Assembly (NCBI GenBank): GCA_025363775.1
Contig: JANYLG010000158.1
Location: 112-64,111, forward strand
Reading direction: 5' to 3'
DNA: 64,000 nt
From: Acidobacteriota bacterium
Lineage (GTDB): Bacteria; Acidobacteriota; Vicinamibacteria; Vicinamibacterales; Fen-181
In this document: in pieces, positions 52,484 to 60,970 of the stretch
How positions within the stretch are numbered: position 1 is the first letter of the stretch
Layout: each line of letters opens with the position of its first letter
Program-made: the position numbers and the translations under genes
Notes under the pieces: generated by a model
What the model was told of the DNA's origin: nothing
Databases searched by the model: none
What the model saw: the letters and a program-made list of their open reading frames with translations, nothing else

Positions 52484-52518
52484 GTGTGCTGGTGTCCGCT
52501 GTCTGCTGTCCGCTATTC
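52484..52518. repeat. 5 heptads gtgtgct ggtgtcc gctgtct gctgtcc gctattc between mtnP stop and kinase start
   Basis: Read directly. The units are degenerate, and the array fills the 39-nt spacer. Confidence 0.5.
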
Positions 52519-53376
52519 CTACAGATATTTTCCCACGATGAGTAGCAGGTCTTGCCGGGTGTTTGCCGGGATGGCATCCCGGTTGGTAATGATCGCGTTC
52601 GCCAGCGCGGTGGCGCACGGGCACGATCGGCCCGTCGGCAGCCGGCCCACCGTCTCCGCGATGATCGCCTGCGCGGTTCGCGCATTCTGCATCAGGTTGG
52701 TGACGATCATCTTCACCGTCACCGAATCGTGCTCGGGGTGCCAGCAGTCGTAGTCGGTGACCAGCGCCAGCGTCGCGTAGCAGATTTCCGCCTCGCGCGC
52801 GAGCTTCGCTTCCTGCAGGTTGGTCATGCCGATGACGTCCATTCCCCACGACCGGTACAGCTGCGATTCGGCCAGCGTCGAGAACTGCGGCCCCTCCATG
52901 CACACGTAGGTCCCGCCCAGATGCACCCTGGCGCCGACGGCCACCGCCGACTCGTGCGCCGCGCGCGACAGGTCGGCACACACCGGGTGCGCGAACGCCA
53001 CGTGCGCCACCAGGCCGCGCCCGAAGAACGTGCTCACGCGCCCCTTGGTGCGATCGAAGAACTGATCGGGAATGACGATGTCCTGCGGCGGGAATTCGAG
53101 CTTGAGGCTCCCGACCGCGCTGGCCGAGAGAATCCGTTCGACGCCCAGCGTCTTGAAGCCGTAGATGTTCGCGCGGAAGTTCAGCTCGCTCGGCATCAGC
53201 CGGTGCCCGGCGCCGTGACGCGCGAGAAACGCGACGCGCCGGCCCCGCAGGGTGGCGAGCACGTACGGGCCAGACGGATCGCCGAACGGTGTGGATATCG
53301 TGACGTCTTCGCGGTCGCTCAGCTCGGCCATGTCGTACAGGCCGCTGCCGCCGATGATGCCAATCTGGGCCGACAT
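52519..53376 (-). CDS. mtnP: S-methyl-5'-thioadenosine phosphorylase
   Basis: IGIIGGSGLYDM, FLARHG.GH, and MTNLQEAKLAREAEICYATLALVTDYD motifs. Confidence 0.9.
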   Translation of the reverse strand: MSAQIGIIGGSGLYDMAELSDREDVTISTPFGDPSGPYVLATLRGRRVAFLARHGAGHRLMPSELNFRANIYGFKTLGVERILSASAVGSLKLEFPPQDIVIPDQFFDRTKGRVSTFFGRGLVAHVAFAHPVCADLSRAAHESAVAVGARVHLGGTYVCMEGPQFSTLAESQLYRSWGMDVIGMTNLQEAKLAREAEICYATLALVTDYDCWHPEHDSVTVKMIVTNLMQNARTAQAIIAETVGRLPTGRSCPCATALANAIITNRDAIPANTRQDLLLIVGKYL

Positions 53377-53433
53377 AGCGCTCCTTGTGTCTGGGAAGGG
53401 TCGGACGAAGAAAGGAAGTATATCGGATCGTCG

Positions 53434-54438
53434 CTAGCGGCCGTGGCCCTCGACAGCCGCCGCGTGCTCGTCCTTCGCCGTACCTGCCCAGTTGGTGTGT
53501 GGCGCCTGGTTCTCCAGCAGCCAGCCGCGCAGGAGCCCCCCGTACGATCGCCAGCGGAATGCCCGCCGCTCGTAGAACGGGGTGAGCGCCCGCTGGAGCG
53601 CAGGCAGGCGGTAGAACGGCACGCCCGGGAAGTAGTGATGCTCGAGGTGGTAGTTGGAGTTGAGAAATGCGAAGTCCCAGAACCAGCTGCCGCGCACCAG
53701 CGTCGTCCACTTCGCCGGATCGGTCGGGTCGATGTCGTAGTGCTGACCGAGACGATTCAGCGTGAACGCCAGCGGGAAGACGAAGAACACGGGGACGATG
53801 TAGGCGCGAAGGGCGGCGCCAGGGCCGGCCAGCCACCAGATGAGACCGAGCGCCGACAGGTGAGCCACCATCGACAGCCGCCGCTCGGCGGCAATTCGCC
53901 GCTGGATGTCGCCCGGATATGTGGCGGTCTCTCGCCGCGCGGCCCGGAAGTAGATCGGAAAGAGCGCGGGGGTGGCGTAGAGCAGCTTGAACCACCGGGC
54001 GTTGATCGTGGGCGACAGGTGATGCCGCTTCGGGTCGTCCTCGCTCGAGCCAAGCCCGGCATGGTGGTCGAGGTGCCAGCGCGTGAACTGCGTGGCCGAG
54101 ATGCCGCTGGGCACCGCGTACAGAAACCCGAGCAGCCGCTCGGCCGCCGGGCGGCGGCGCGCGAAGACCGCGTGGTGCACGACCTCGTGCAGCAGGACCG
54201 TGAAGTTGAAAATCGTCAGGCCCTGAATGAGCGCGAGCGGCAGCCACACGAGCGGCTGGGTGAAGCGGACGAGGACCCAGGTGCATGCCGCGAGGATCGC
54301 AAACTGACGGAGCGCGACGACCAGATGCCGTGGCCCGGACCGGCGATGCAAGTCATGCAGCACCTGTCGCGACAGGACCTGCCCGAGTTCGGCGCGGAAC
54401 GCCGCCGAGTGCTGGCTGTAGTAGTGTGGCTTCGACAC
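53434..54438 (-). CDS. membrane fatty-acid desaturase family protein
   Basis: Histidine boxes HEVVHH, HLDHH and HLEHHYFPGVP. The GTG start at 54438 avoids overlap with the upstream gene. Confidence 0.85.
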   Translation of the reverse strand: MSKPHYYSQHSAAFRAELGQVLSRQVLHDLHRRSGPRHLVVALRQFAILAACTWVLVRFTQPLVWLPLALIQGLTIFNFTVLLHEVVHHAVFARRRPAAERLLGFLYAVPSGISATQFTRWHLDHHAGLGSSEDDPKRHHLSPTINARWFKLLYATPALFPIYFRAARRETATYPGDIQRRIAAERRLSMVAHLSALGLIWWLAGPGAALRAYIVPVFFVFPLAFTLNRLGQHYDIDPTDPAKWTTLVRGSWFWDFAFLNSNYHLEHHYFPGVPFYRLPALQRALTPFYERRAFRWRSYGGLLRGWLLENQAPHTNWAGTAKDEHAAAVEGHGR

Positions 54439-54466
54439 GGTCGCCGCAGCGCCCCTCACCGCCGCG

Positions 54467-55105
54467 TCAGTACGAAATCGTGACCCCGAACGAGCCCCGG
54501 TTGTCGAGAAGGTAGTCGTCGTTGATGCCGAGGAACAGGCGGCCCGACTCGCGCATCCGCACCGGCTGGTCCTGGTCGCCGATGAAGAAGGCACCCGCGC
54601 CACGGCCGACCTTCCCGATCAGCGCGGCCGCGGGCCGATCGGGAATCGGGCGCTGCGCGTTGTACTCGGAGTTCCGCTCGCCCTGGGGCCCGTCCTTCCG
54701 CCCGGGGCCCCAGATCACTTCGCCGCGGCTGCGGAAGGAGATCATCTGCCCGGCGCGAACATCGATCCCCGTGTCGGTCCAGGCGACGTTGGCCGCCACG
54801 GCCACCTCGCGCTCATCCGTCCCGCCCGGGCGTTCTCCACCTAAACGGCCTGGCCCAACGCGGTCGTCGAACACGCCGCTCTCGTCGATCTCGATCCTGC
54901 GGACTTCGTCGCGCGACAACCGAATCAGCCGGCGGTTGTACACGCCGCGCTCCTGGAACTCGATGGTGCCATTCCGCACGGCGATCAGGTCGCCCGTGAT
55001 GCGCCGACCGTCGCGCAGCACCAGCGTGTCGGCCGACAGCAGCGCGACGGCGGCGACGACCAGTGTACCGGCCACGAGCGCGCGCGCCCAGGTTGAGCTT
55101 GCCAT
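54467..55105 (-). CDS. secreted protein with C-terminal PA-IL (LecA)-like lectin-fold domain
   Basis: Signal peptide. The C-terminal WGPGRKDGPQGE...AALIGKVGRGAG...LFLGINDDYLLDNRGSFGVTI matches from memory the LecA pattern WGPQGD...GALVMKIGNSG...[21 protein letters not shown]. Confidence 0.55.
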   Translation of the reverse strand: MASSTWARALVAGTLVVAAVALLSADTLVLRDGRRITGDLIAVRNGTIEFQERGVYNRRLIRLSRDEVRRIEIDESGVFDDRVGPGRLGGERPGGTDEREVAVAANVAWTDTGIDVRAGQMISFRSRGEVIWGPGRKDGPQGERNSEYNAQRPIPDRPAAALIGKVGRGAGAFFIGDQDQPVRMRESGRLFLGINDDYLLDNRGSFGVTISY

Positions 55106-55199
55106 GTCGTCCTCCTGCGGCGATCAGCCCGTGCCCGAGCAGGTGCCGGGGCACGGTGTTTCCTAGAGACTGATAGTATCATTGCGACGGAGGGTTTGC

Positions 55200-55694
55200 A
55201 TGCGCCTGCAGCGAGTAGTCGCCGCCGTGGTGTTCGTCGGCACGTTGCTCGGGTTCGGCACACTGGCGTGCGCCGACATCACCGGGTTCCTCGGCCTCGC
55301 CGGAGGACCATCGATCCGCCCCGCCAAGGGGGTAGCCGTCGGGGTCGGGCTCGTGATCGTCGGATTCGAATTCGAATACAGCGACACGGGCGACGACCTG
55401 TCCCAGGGTGCGCCCCACATCCGCACCGGCATGGTGAACGGCCTCCTGCAGACGCCGATTGCGTTGGGCGGGATGCAGTTCTACGCGACGGCCGGAGCCG
55501 GGATCTTCAACCACGAACTCGGCATCCTGTCGGAGACGAACTTCGGCGTCAACCTGGGTGGCGGGGTGAAGAAGAACCTGATCGGACCACTGCGGCTGCG
55601 CATCGACTACCGGATCTTCCGTTTCTCGGGCGCCGTCATCGGCCCCGACGTCGTGCATCGTCTCTACGTCGGCGCGAACCTCAAGCTGTTCTGA
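55200..55694 (+). CDS. small outer-membrane beta-barrel protein
   Basis: Signal peptide MRLQRVVAAVVFVGTLLGFGTLACA, alternating beta-strand pattern, C-terminal ..YVGANLKLF, and GGAGGG 6 nt before the ATG. Confidence 0.65.
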   Translation: MRLQRVVAAVVFVGTLLGFGTLACADITGFLGLAGGPSIRPAKGVAVGVGLVIVGFEFEYSDTGDDLSQGAPHIRTGMVNGLLQTPIALGGMQFYATAGAGIFNHELGILSETNFGVNLGGGVKKNLIGPLRLRIDYRIFRFSGAVIGPDVVHRLYVGANLKLF

Positions 55695-56952
55695 TCGGCC
55701 GCAGCGTCAGCCAGAACTCGTGCTCCCTCGTTGGAGCCTGGAAGCAGAGCGTCACGCCCGGCTCGTCGCCAGACAGCGGATTCCAGCGCGACGTGCGCTG
55801 TATTGCGGGCGTGTCGAACGCGCCAGCTACCGAGTAGATCGCGGCCATGCGCGTCCGGAGCAACTCGAAGACCTGCCCGGCCGCTGCATCGACGTTCTCC
55901 TCTTGGACCATGCGGGCGTCGATTCCGAAGAGATTGGTCGCCGCTCGGCGCGCGGTTCCCACATCGCACGCCAATTCGATCCGCACCGATCCTCCGGGAG
56001 AGAAGACGATGCGTCCGGTGACCGACACCCTCTCCGCCGGCGCCACGCCCGGCAGGTCGCAGAGCATCATCTCGGCAGCGAGCGCCGTGCCAAACACCTC
56101 CTCGCAGACCAGCAGCGCCGTCGCACGGCAGCCCGGCGGCAATTCCGGCACTTCCCATCCCGGCCGCTCCCCCAGTCGCATCAGGTCGGCCATCCGCCTC
56201 AGCAAGGTCTCCGGCGACAGCGTTCGGACCAGCGTGCCATCGTAGCCGATGAGGCGCCCGTCGGCCTCCTCCTCGTTGTCGGCAAGCGCGACGCGCGGAA
56301 GGTGGCTGAATGCAGGCGACGAGCGGATTCTCCGCAGCAGCAACGGCTCGCTGAGCACGCCCAGGTCGTTGCCGATGAACACCACGCCCGGGTTCGAGGC
56401 GACGATATCCCGCATGCCGGCCACCCCGCTCTCCGCCTCGATCACCTGGCGATTCACTCCGAAGGTCTCCGCGAAACACCGCCGGAACGGCGTGCGTCCC
56501 TCGATGATCAGGAGGGGCGCGTCGATGCGGCGAAGCGCCTGGCCGAACCAGCCCGGATCGGTCGGCGCGCCGTCACGCTGCGCGATAATCGTCCGGAGCA
56601 TTCGACGAAGCCGGTCGGTGAGCCTCGCGATGTTGAGCGGCTTGGCCATGTATTCGAACACGCCAAGCTCGAGGATTTCCCGGATGATCGTCTCGTCGCG
56701 CTCGCCGGTGAGCATCACGACCTGGAGGGCGGAGTGCTCGGGAGACTCGCGAAGGGTTCGCAGTGTCTCGAGGCCGTCCATCACCGGCATCTGCACGTCG
56801 AGGAACGCCAGGTGAAAACGGTCGTGCGACAGCGCCTCCAGCGCCTGCCGGCCGTCTGCCGCCTCGGTCACCTCGCAGCCGAAGCGCTTGGTCAGCACGC
56901 GGCCGATGAGGTACCTGGTGGAACGATCATCATCGACGAGGAGAACCTTCAT
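55681..56952 (-). CDS. response regulator: REC domain plus second REC-like domain plus C-terminal domain of uncertain type (possibly CheX-like)
   Basis: MKVLLVDDDRST...LAFLDVQMPVMDG...VVMLTG..K is a canonical receiver. The second alpha/beta module starts LLIIEGRT and lacks the DD pair. No output HTH was seen. Confidence 0.8.
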   Translation of the reverse strand: MKVLLVDDDRSTRYLIGRVLTKRFGCEVTEAADGRQALEALSHDRFHLAFLDVQMPVMDGLETLRTLRESPEHSALQVVMLTGERDETIIREILELGVFEYMAKPLNIARLTDRLRRMLRTIIAQRDGAPTDPGWFGQALRRIDAPLLIIEGRTPFRRCFAETFGVNRQVIEAESGVAGMRDIVASNPGVVFIGNDLGVLSEPLLLRRIRSSPAFSHLPRVALADNEEEADGRLIGYDGTLVRTLSPETLLRRMADLMRLGERPGWEVPELPPGCRATALLVCEEVFGTALAAEMMLCDLPGVAPAERVSVTGRIVFSPGGSVRIELACDVGTARRAATNLFGIDARMVQEENVDAAAGQVFELLRTRMAAIYSVAGAFDTPAIQRTSRWNPLSGDEPGVTLCFQAPTREHEFWLTLRPIRTA

Positions 56953-57170
56953 CCGGGCTCACGCATCCATGCTCGCGGCAGACCTTCAGCCATGCCCGCG
57001 GTTGACCTGCCCACCGACGAGCCGACAGGTAGACGAACCCTGCCAGCAGGGTGGCTCTCTAGGAAGATCGGCAGAAACGGCGGCGAGGTTTAGATCGACG
57101 GCGGACGGACAGGCCCTGGCGCCAGCCAGCCAGACGGCTCGACCGACGCGACACGACATCTTCTGCGCGC

Positions 57171-57206
57171 ACAAAAAGAACGGGGAGACGACAGATTCGT
57201 CTCCCC
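57171..57206 (-). terminator. rho-independent terminator downstream of the dnaK...hemW-hypothetical gene string
   Basis: Perfect 10-bp stem GGGGAGACGA/TCGTCTCCCC with a 5-nt loop. On the minus strand it is followed by GTTCTTTTTGTG. Confidence 0.7.
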
Positions 57207-57287
57207 GAGCGTCTGGCCATGGCGCGTGCGCGACCTGGATTCGAGGCTGCGGACCTTTGCCTGGTGCTCCGGCCATCGCGCGCGCGA

Positions 57288-57815
57288 CTACTGCATCTTC
57301 ATGACCAGGGCGAGGTCGAAGATCGTCGGCGCCGGTGTCGCGGCCTTGGAGTCGGTCCACTTCAGCAGCAGCGCCTGGCCGTCATTCGGATACGCCTTGT
57401 ACAGGATCGGGAGGAACCAGTACTCGATGTTCTTGACGACCGGGTCGGCGAACATGACGTAGACGGCGATACCGCCCTGGACGTTCGGGTTCTTGAACAG
57501 TTTCAGGCTGGCCGCCTGCTGCTTCGCTTCCGGAGCGTCCATCTTCGACAGACCCTCCTTCAGCTTGTTCATCAGGTCCTCGAAATCGGCAGTCTTGTCC
57601 GCCTTGATGTAGAGGATGATGAGCCCGGCGTCGTTCTGGAACGCCAGCGCGGGCTTGGCCGGGGCCGGCTGGGCTGCGGCAGCCGGCTGTTGCGGCGGCG
57701 TGGTCGCCTGGGCAAACGAGGGGCTCACGGACCCAAGCACGAATGCCACCGCGAGCGCGAGTCCGGCCAGCGCGGGCCGGGAGTCGAAACCAAACGGGAT
57801 CCAGGTCAGTCGCAT
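57288..57815 (-). CDS. hypothetical secreted protein
   Basis: Signal-like N-terminus (ALAGLALAVAFVLGSVSPSFA), a Pro/Ala-rich linker, then a domain of about 120 aa with no recognised family. Confidence 0.5.
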   Translation of the reverse strand: MRLTWIPFGFDSRPALAGLALAVAFVLGSVSPSFAQATTPPQQPAAAAQPAPAKPALAFQNDAGLIILYIKADKTADFEDLMNKLKEGLSKMDAPEAKQQAASLKLFKNPNVQGGIAVYVMFADPVVKNIEYWFLPILYKAYPNDGQALLLKWTDSKAATPAPTIFDLALVMKMQ

Positions 57816-57850
57816 TCAGTCCTCCTTGACGAACATGGTCGGGAAGGCGG

Positions 57851-59113
57851 TTACTTTACCGTACTGCCGGCTTCGAGAAAAGCGATCATTACGTCGTTGG
57901 CCAGGAGCATCCCCCGGCGAGTCAGCCGGAGGCGGTGATCGTCGTGCTCCAGAAGGCCCGCGTCTTCAAACGGCGCGAGGCGCTCGCCCCACTGTTGCCA
58001 CACGTCTACACCGTAGTGTTCGCGGACCCTATCCAGCCGCACGCCGTCGGAGAGTCGCAACTCCATGAACAGCGCTTCCTCGAGTTGCTCGCGCGGCGAC
58101 AACTCCCGCCTCGCCGCCACCGGCGAGACGTCGTGCTCCAGGCGGGAGACGTACTCGGACGCCGACGCCACATTGTTCCACCGCACGTGCCCGACTGTCG
58201 AGTGGGCACCGCAGCCGAAGCCACGCCACTCGCCGTCGGTCCAGTATTTGACGTTGTGGCGGGACCGGCGGCCGGGTCGTGCCACGTTCGAGATCTCGTA
58301 CTGCTCGTAGCCAGCCGACTCGAGCCGCTCCATCGTGTCCAGGTACATGTCCGCCGCATCATCGTCGGGCGCCTGCGACCACCCGGCCCGCGCCATCTCG
58401 TCCACGAGCGGGGCGTTCGGGTAGATCTCCAGCAGGTAGAGCGATGCGTGCTCCGGGTAGAGCGCGATCAGCGCCTCTACCGACGCCCTGAGGTCGTCAC
58501 GCGACTGGCCGGGCAGCCACAGCATCAGGTCGAGGCTGAGGTTGTCGAAGCCGGCCGCGCGGGCGTCGGCCACGGCCGCACGCGCACGCGCCGCGTCGTG
58601 CAGGCGACCGAGTCGGTGAAGCTCGATGTCCGTGAAGGACTGGACACCGAAACTGAGCCGGTTGACTCCTGCCGCACGGTAGCCGGCCAGCCGATCGGGG
58701 GTCACCGTTTCCGGGTTCGCCTCCATCGTCACCTCGGCCCCTGGTGCCACGTCGAAGGCCTCCCGACAGGCCTGGATCACGCCGGCGATCTCGGCAGGGT
58801 CGAGTAGCGACGGTGTGCCGCCGCCAAAGTAGATGGTATCGGCGGCTCGCCGCAGTGTCGCGCGGGTCGGCCCAGGTGTGGCGCGGGCAGTCAGGCCCGC
58901 GTTCTCCGGTGTGGCGTGGGCCTTCAGGCCCGCGTTCTCCGGTGTGGCGCGGGCCTTCAGGCCCGCGTTCTCCGCGCGGATCTCCCGCATCAGCGACGCC
59001 ACGTATCGGCGCTTGAGGTCGGCGTCGAGCAAGCCGCGGTTGAAGTTGCAGTAGTTGCAGATTGCCACGCAGAACGGCACGTGCAGGTAGAGACCCAGGG
59101 GGGGCATGGCCAT
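57851..59113 (-). CDS. hemW: radical SAM heme chaperone HemW / oxygen-independent coproporphyrinogen oxidase-like
   Basis: LYLHVPFCVAICNYCNF radical-SAM cluster motif, IYFGGGTPSLL, and a HemN_C-like C-terminus. Confidence 0.88.
   Translation of the reverse strand: MAMPPLGLYLHVPFCVAICNYCNFNRGLLDADLKRRYVASLMREIRAENAGLKARATPENAGLKAHATPENAGLTARATPGPTRATLRRAADTIYFGGGTPSLLDPAEIAGVIQACREAFDVAPGAEVTMEANPETVTPDRLAGYRAAGVNRLSFGVQSFTDIELHRLGRLHDAARARAAVADARAAGFDNLSLDLMLWLPGQSRDDLRASVEALIALYPEHASLYLLEIYPNAPLVDEMARAGWSQAPDDDAADMYLDTMERLESAGYEQYEISNVARPGRRSRHNVKYWTDGEWRGFGCGAHSTVGHVRWNNVASASEYVSRLEHDVSPVAARRELSPREQLEEALFMELRLSDGVRLDRVREHYGVDVWQQWGERLAPFEDAGLLEHDDHRLRLTRRGMLLANDVMIAFLEAGSTVK
58875..58973 (-). 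repeat. 3 in-frame tandem 33-nt units inside hemW (encode ENAGLKARATP-type 11-mers)
   Basis: Units are 58875-58907, 58908-58940 and 58941-58973, delimited by hand and differing at only a few positions. The peptide is ENAGLKARATPENAGLKAHATPENAGLTARATP. Confidence 0.9.
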
Positions 59114-59135
59114 GACCCTGCGCCGTCAATGGAGG

Positions 59136-59152
59136 ATGGAGAAATTCTCCAT
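59136..59152. promoter_or_regulatory. perfect 17-bp palindrome ATGGAGAA-A-TTCTCCAT between dnaC-like stop and hemW start
   Basis: Each position was verified by hand. AT-rich in a GC-rich context. It lies 23 nt upstream of the hemW ATG. Its function is unknown. Confidence 0.3.
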
Positions 59153-59154
59153 GT

Positions 59155-60003
59155 CTAGGGCCCGCTCCCGGCTCGCCCCCCGGGCCAGGCCACGTCGGCC
59201 TTCGGGTCGGGCTTGCGGAGTTGCGCACGCACCGGAGAGCCTGAGCGGCGAGGCAGGGCTGACGGGCGATCCTGCAGCTTCCACATCGCCAGCAGGTCCT
59301 CGGAACCCGCGTTCGGCGGCCGGTGCCGATAGTCGGCGCCGTCGTACTCGAGGAACTCGCACATCTCGTAGAGGCGCGAGTGCATGCGGAAGCCGACGCG
59401 CGACAGCAGCGAGTCGGGATCCGATCGATCTTCTTTCTCCTCGTAGTTCGACGTGAAGATCGTCACGCGTCGCTCGTTGTAGCGGGTGGTGACGATCAGG
59501 TTCAGCGTCTCCTCCACCCACTCGGAGGTCTTCTCGGCGCCGATGTCGTCGAGGACCAGCAGCTCCGCCGACATCACCGGGCGCAGAACTTCGAACTCGG
59601 TCGCCTTCACGATCGGGTCGTAGGTGTTGCGGATGACCTTCAGCAGGTCGCGCACGTCGTAGAACAGGCCGCGCGCGCCCCGCGTGTTCATCACCTGCTC
59701 GAGCACGGCCACGGCGAGGTGGCTCTTCCCGATGCCCGGCGGGCCGATGAGGAACAGACCCTTATCCACCACGGGAAAGGCCTCGGCGAACCGGCGGGCA
59801 CGGACGACCGCGTTCTGCAGCCGCTCGTTCTCGTAGGCCACGAAGTTGTCGAGGCTGCAGTGCTGGTAGCGACGCGGGATGCGCGCGTCGGCGACGAGCC
59901 GCTCGATGTTGGCTGCGCGCCAGCACTCGCACCGGGCCGCGCGGCGCACGCCGCCGCGCTCGACAATCTTCCACCGGGTGTCGTCACAGATCGGGCAGGG
60001 CAT
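59155..60003 (-). CDS. DnaC/DnaI/IstB-like AAA+ ATPase with N-terminal 4-Cys zinc ribbon
   Basis: CPICDDTRW...CECW ribbon, Walker A GPPGIGKSHL, Walker B LLVLDDIG, TSN sensor. Confidence 0.75.
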   Translation of the reverse strand: MPCPICDDTRWKIVERGGVRRAARCECWRAANIERLVADARIPRRYQHCSLDNFVAYENERLQNAVVRARRFAEAFPVVDKGLFLIGPPGIGKSHLAVAVLEQVMNTRGARGLFYDVRDLLKVIRNTYDPIVKATEFEVLRPVMSAELLVLDDIGAEKTSEWVEETLNLIVTTRYNERRVTIFTSNYEEKEDRSDPDSLLSRVGFRMHSRLYEMCEFLEYDGADYRHRPPNAGSEDLLAMWKLQDRPSALPRRSGSPVRAQLRKPDPKADVAWPGGRAGSGP

Positions 60004-60102
60004 CGTATCGAGTATTGTGCCCGACTTCGCGGGCGAAGGAAACCGTGAATCGCGGCACGCAGCGTCGCGGCGTGCGGCACCGCGGCGTCGCGGGTGTCCG
60101 CT

Positions 60103-60966
60103 TCAGTTCAAGTGCGAACGCAGCTCGCCGGCCTTGTTCCCGCGACGGATCTTCTCTTTCGCGCGCAACTCGAGCTGGCGGACGCGCTCCCGCGAGATGC
60201 CCAGGCGCTCGCCGACCGCCTGCAGCGTCCGCGGTTCCTGGCCGCCGAGCCCGAAGCGCATGGCCATCACTTCGCGTTCCTTGGGGGCGAGGTCGGCCAT
60301 CGCCGCCTCGAGCTGTGCGAGCAGCGCCTCGTGCAGCAACGCGTCCTCGGCGGGCGGCACGGTGTGCTGCGGCAGCGTCTCGCCCAGTTCGCGGCCGTCC
60401 TCCTCGTCCTGGCTCACCCGGTCGCTGAGCGACACGTCGTTGCCCGACACGTACTGCAGGGCGGCGGCCTCGGCTGCCGAGATGCCCAGAACCTCTGCGA
60501 TCTCCTCGGCTGACGGCGCGTGGTCCAGCCGGGCGGCGAGGTCGATCACGTCGCGGCCAAACCGGCTGGCCACGGCCGAGAGCTTTGTCGGAAGGGCGAA
60601 CGCGCGGCGCTGATCTGAGAGCGCGTGCATGATCGCCTGCCGAATCCACCAGACGGCGTAGGTGATGAACTTGACGTTGCGGGAGGGATCGAAGCGCCGG
60701 GCCGCTTCGATCAGCCCGAGATTGCCTTCGTGGATCAAGTCGAGGAACCCGACGCCCAGGTTGCGGTAGCGCTTGGCGCAGGAGACGACGAACCTGAGAT
60801 TGGCTTCCACCAGCCGTTTCAGCGCCTCGTCGTCGCGGTCGCGCTGAATGCGAGCGCCGAGCTCCTGCTCGTCGCCCTGGGTGAGCCGCGGCAGCCCGGC
60901 GATCTCCTGGAGGTACGCCTCCAGGGTGACCGCCTCCGGCGTCTGTTCGCGTGGCGGGTGGCTCAC
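60103..60966 (-). CDS. sigma-70 family RNA polymerase sigma factor (regions 2, 3 and 4 recognisable; not RpoH-like)
   Basis: DLIHEGNLGLIEAARRFDPSRNVKFITYAVWWIRQAI (region 2) and LQAVGERLGISRERVRQLELRA (region 4.2). Confidence 0.88.
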   Translation of the reverse strand: MSHPPREQTPEAVTLEAYLQEIAGLPRLTQGDEQELGARIQRDRDDEALKRLVEANLRFVVSCAKRYRNLGVGFLDLIHEGNLGLIEAARRFDPSRNVKFITYAVWWIRQAIMHALSDQRRAFALPTKLSAVASRFGRDVIDLAARLDHAPSAEEIAEVLGISAAEAAALQYVSGNDVSLSDRVSQDEEDGRELGETLPQHTVPPAEDALLHEALLAQLEAAMADLAPKEREVMAMRFGLGGQEPRTLQAVGERLGISRERVRQLELRAKEKIRRGNKAGELRSHLN

Positions 60967-60970
60967 GCTC

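Noticed and set aside
55127-55154. Hairpin CCGTGCCC-N12-GGGCACGG upstream of the OM barrel gene, considered as a terminator or riboswitch.
   Set aside because: It has no T-tract, no upstream same-strand gene to terminate, and no recognisable riboswitch consensus. It is probably just part of the divergent promoter region.
59155-60003. IstB-like ATPase considered as part of an IS21-family insertion sequence.
   Set aside because: No IstA transposase ORF, terminal inverted repeats or target duplication are visible. The flanks are same-strand housekeeping genes with short spacers.
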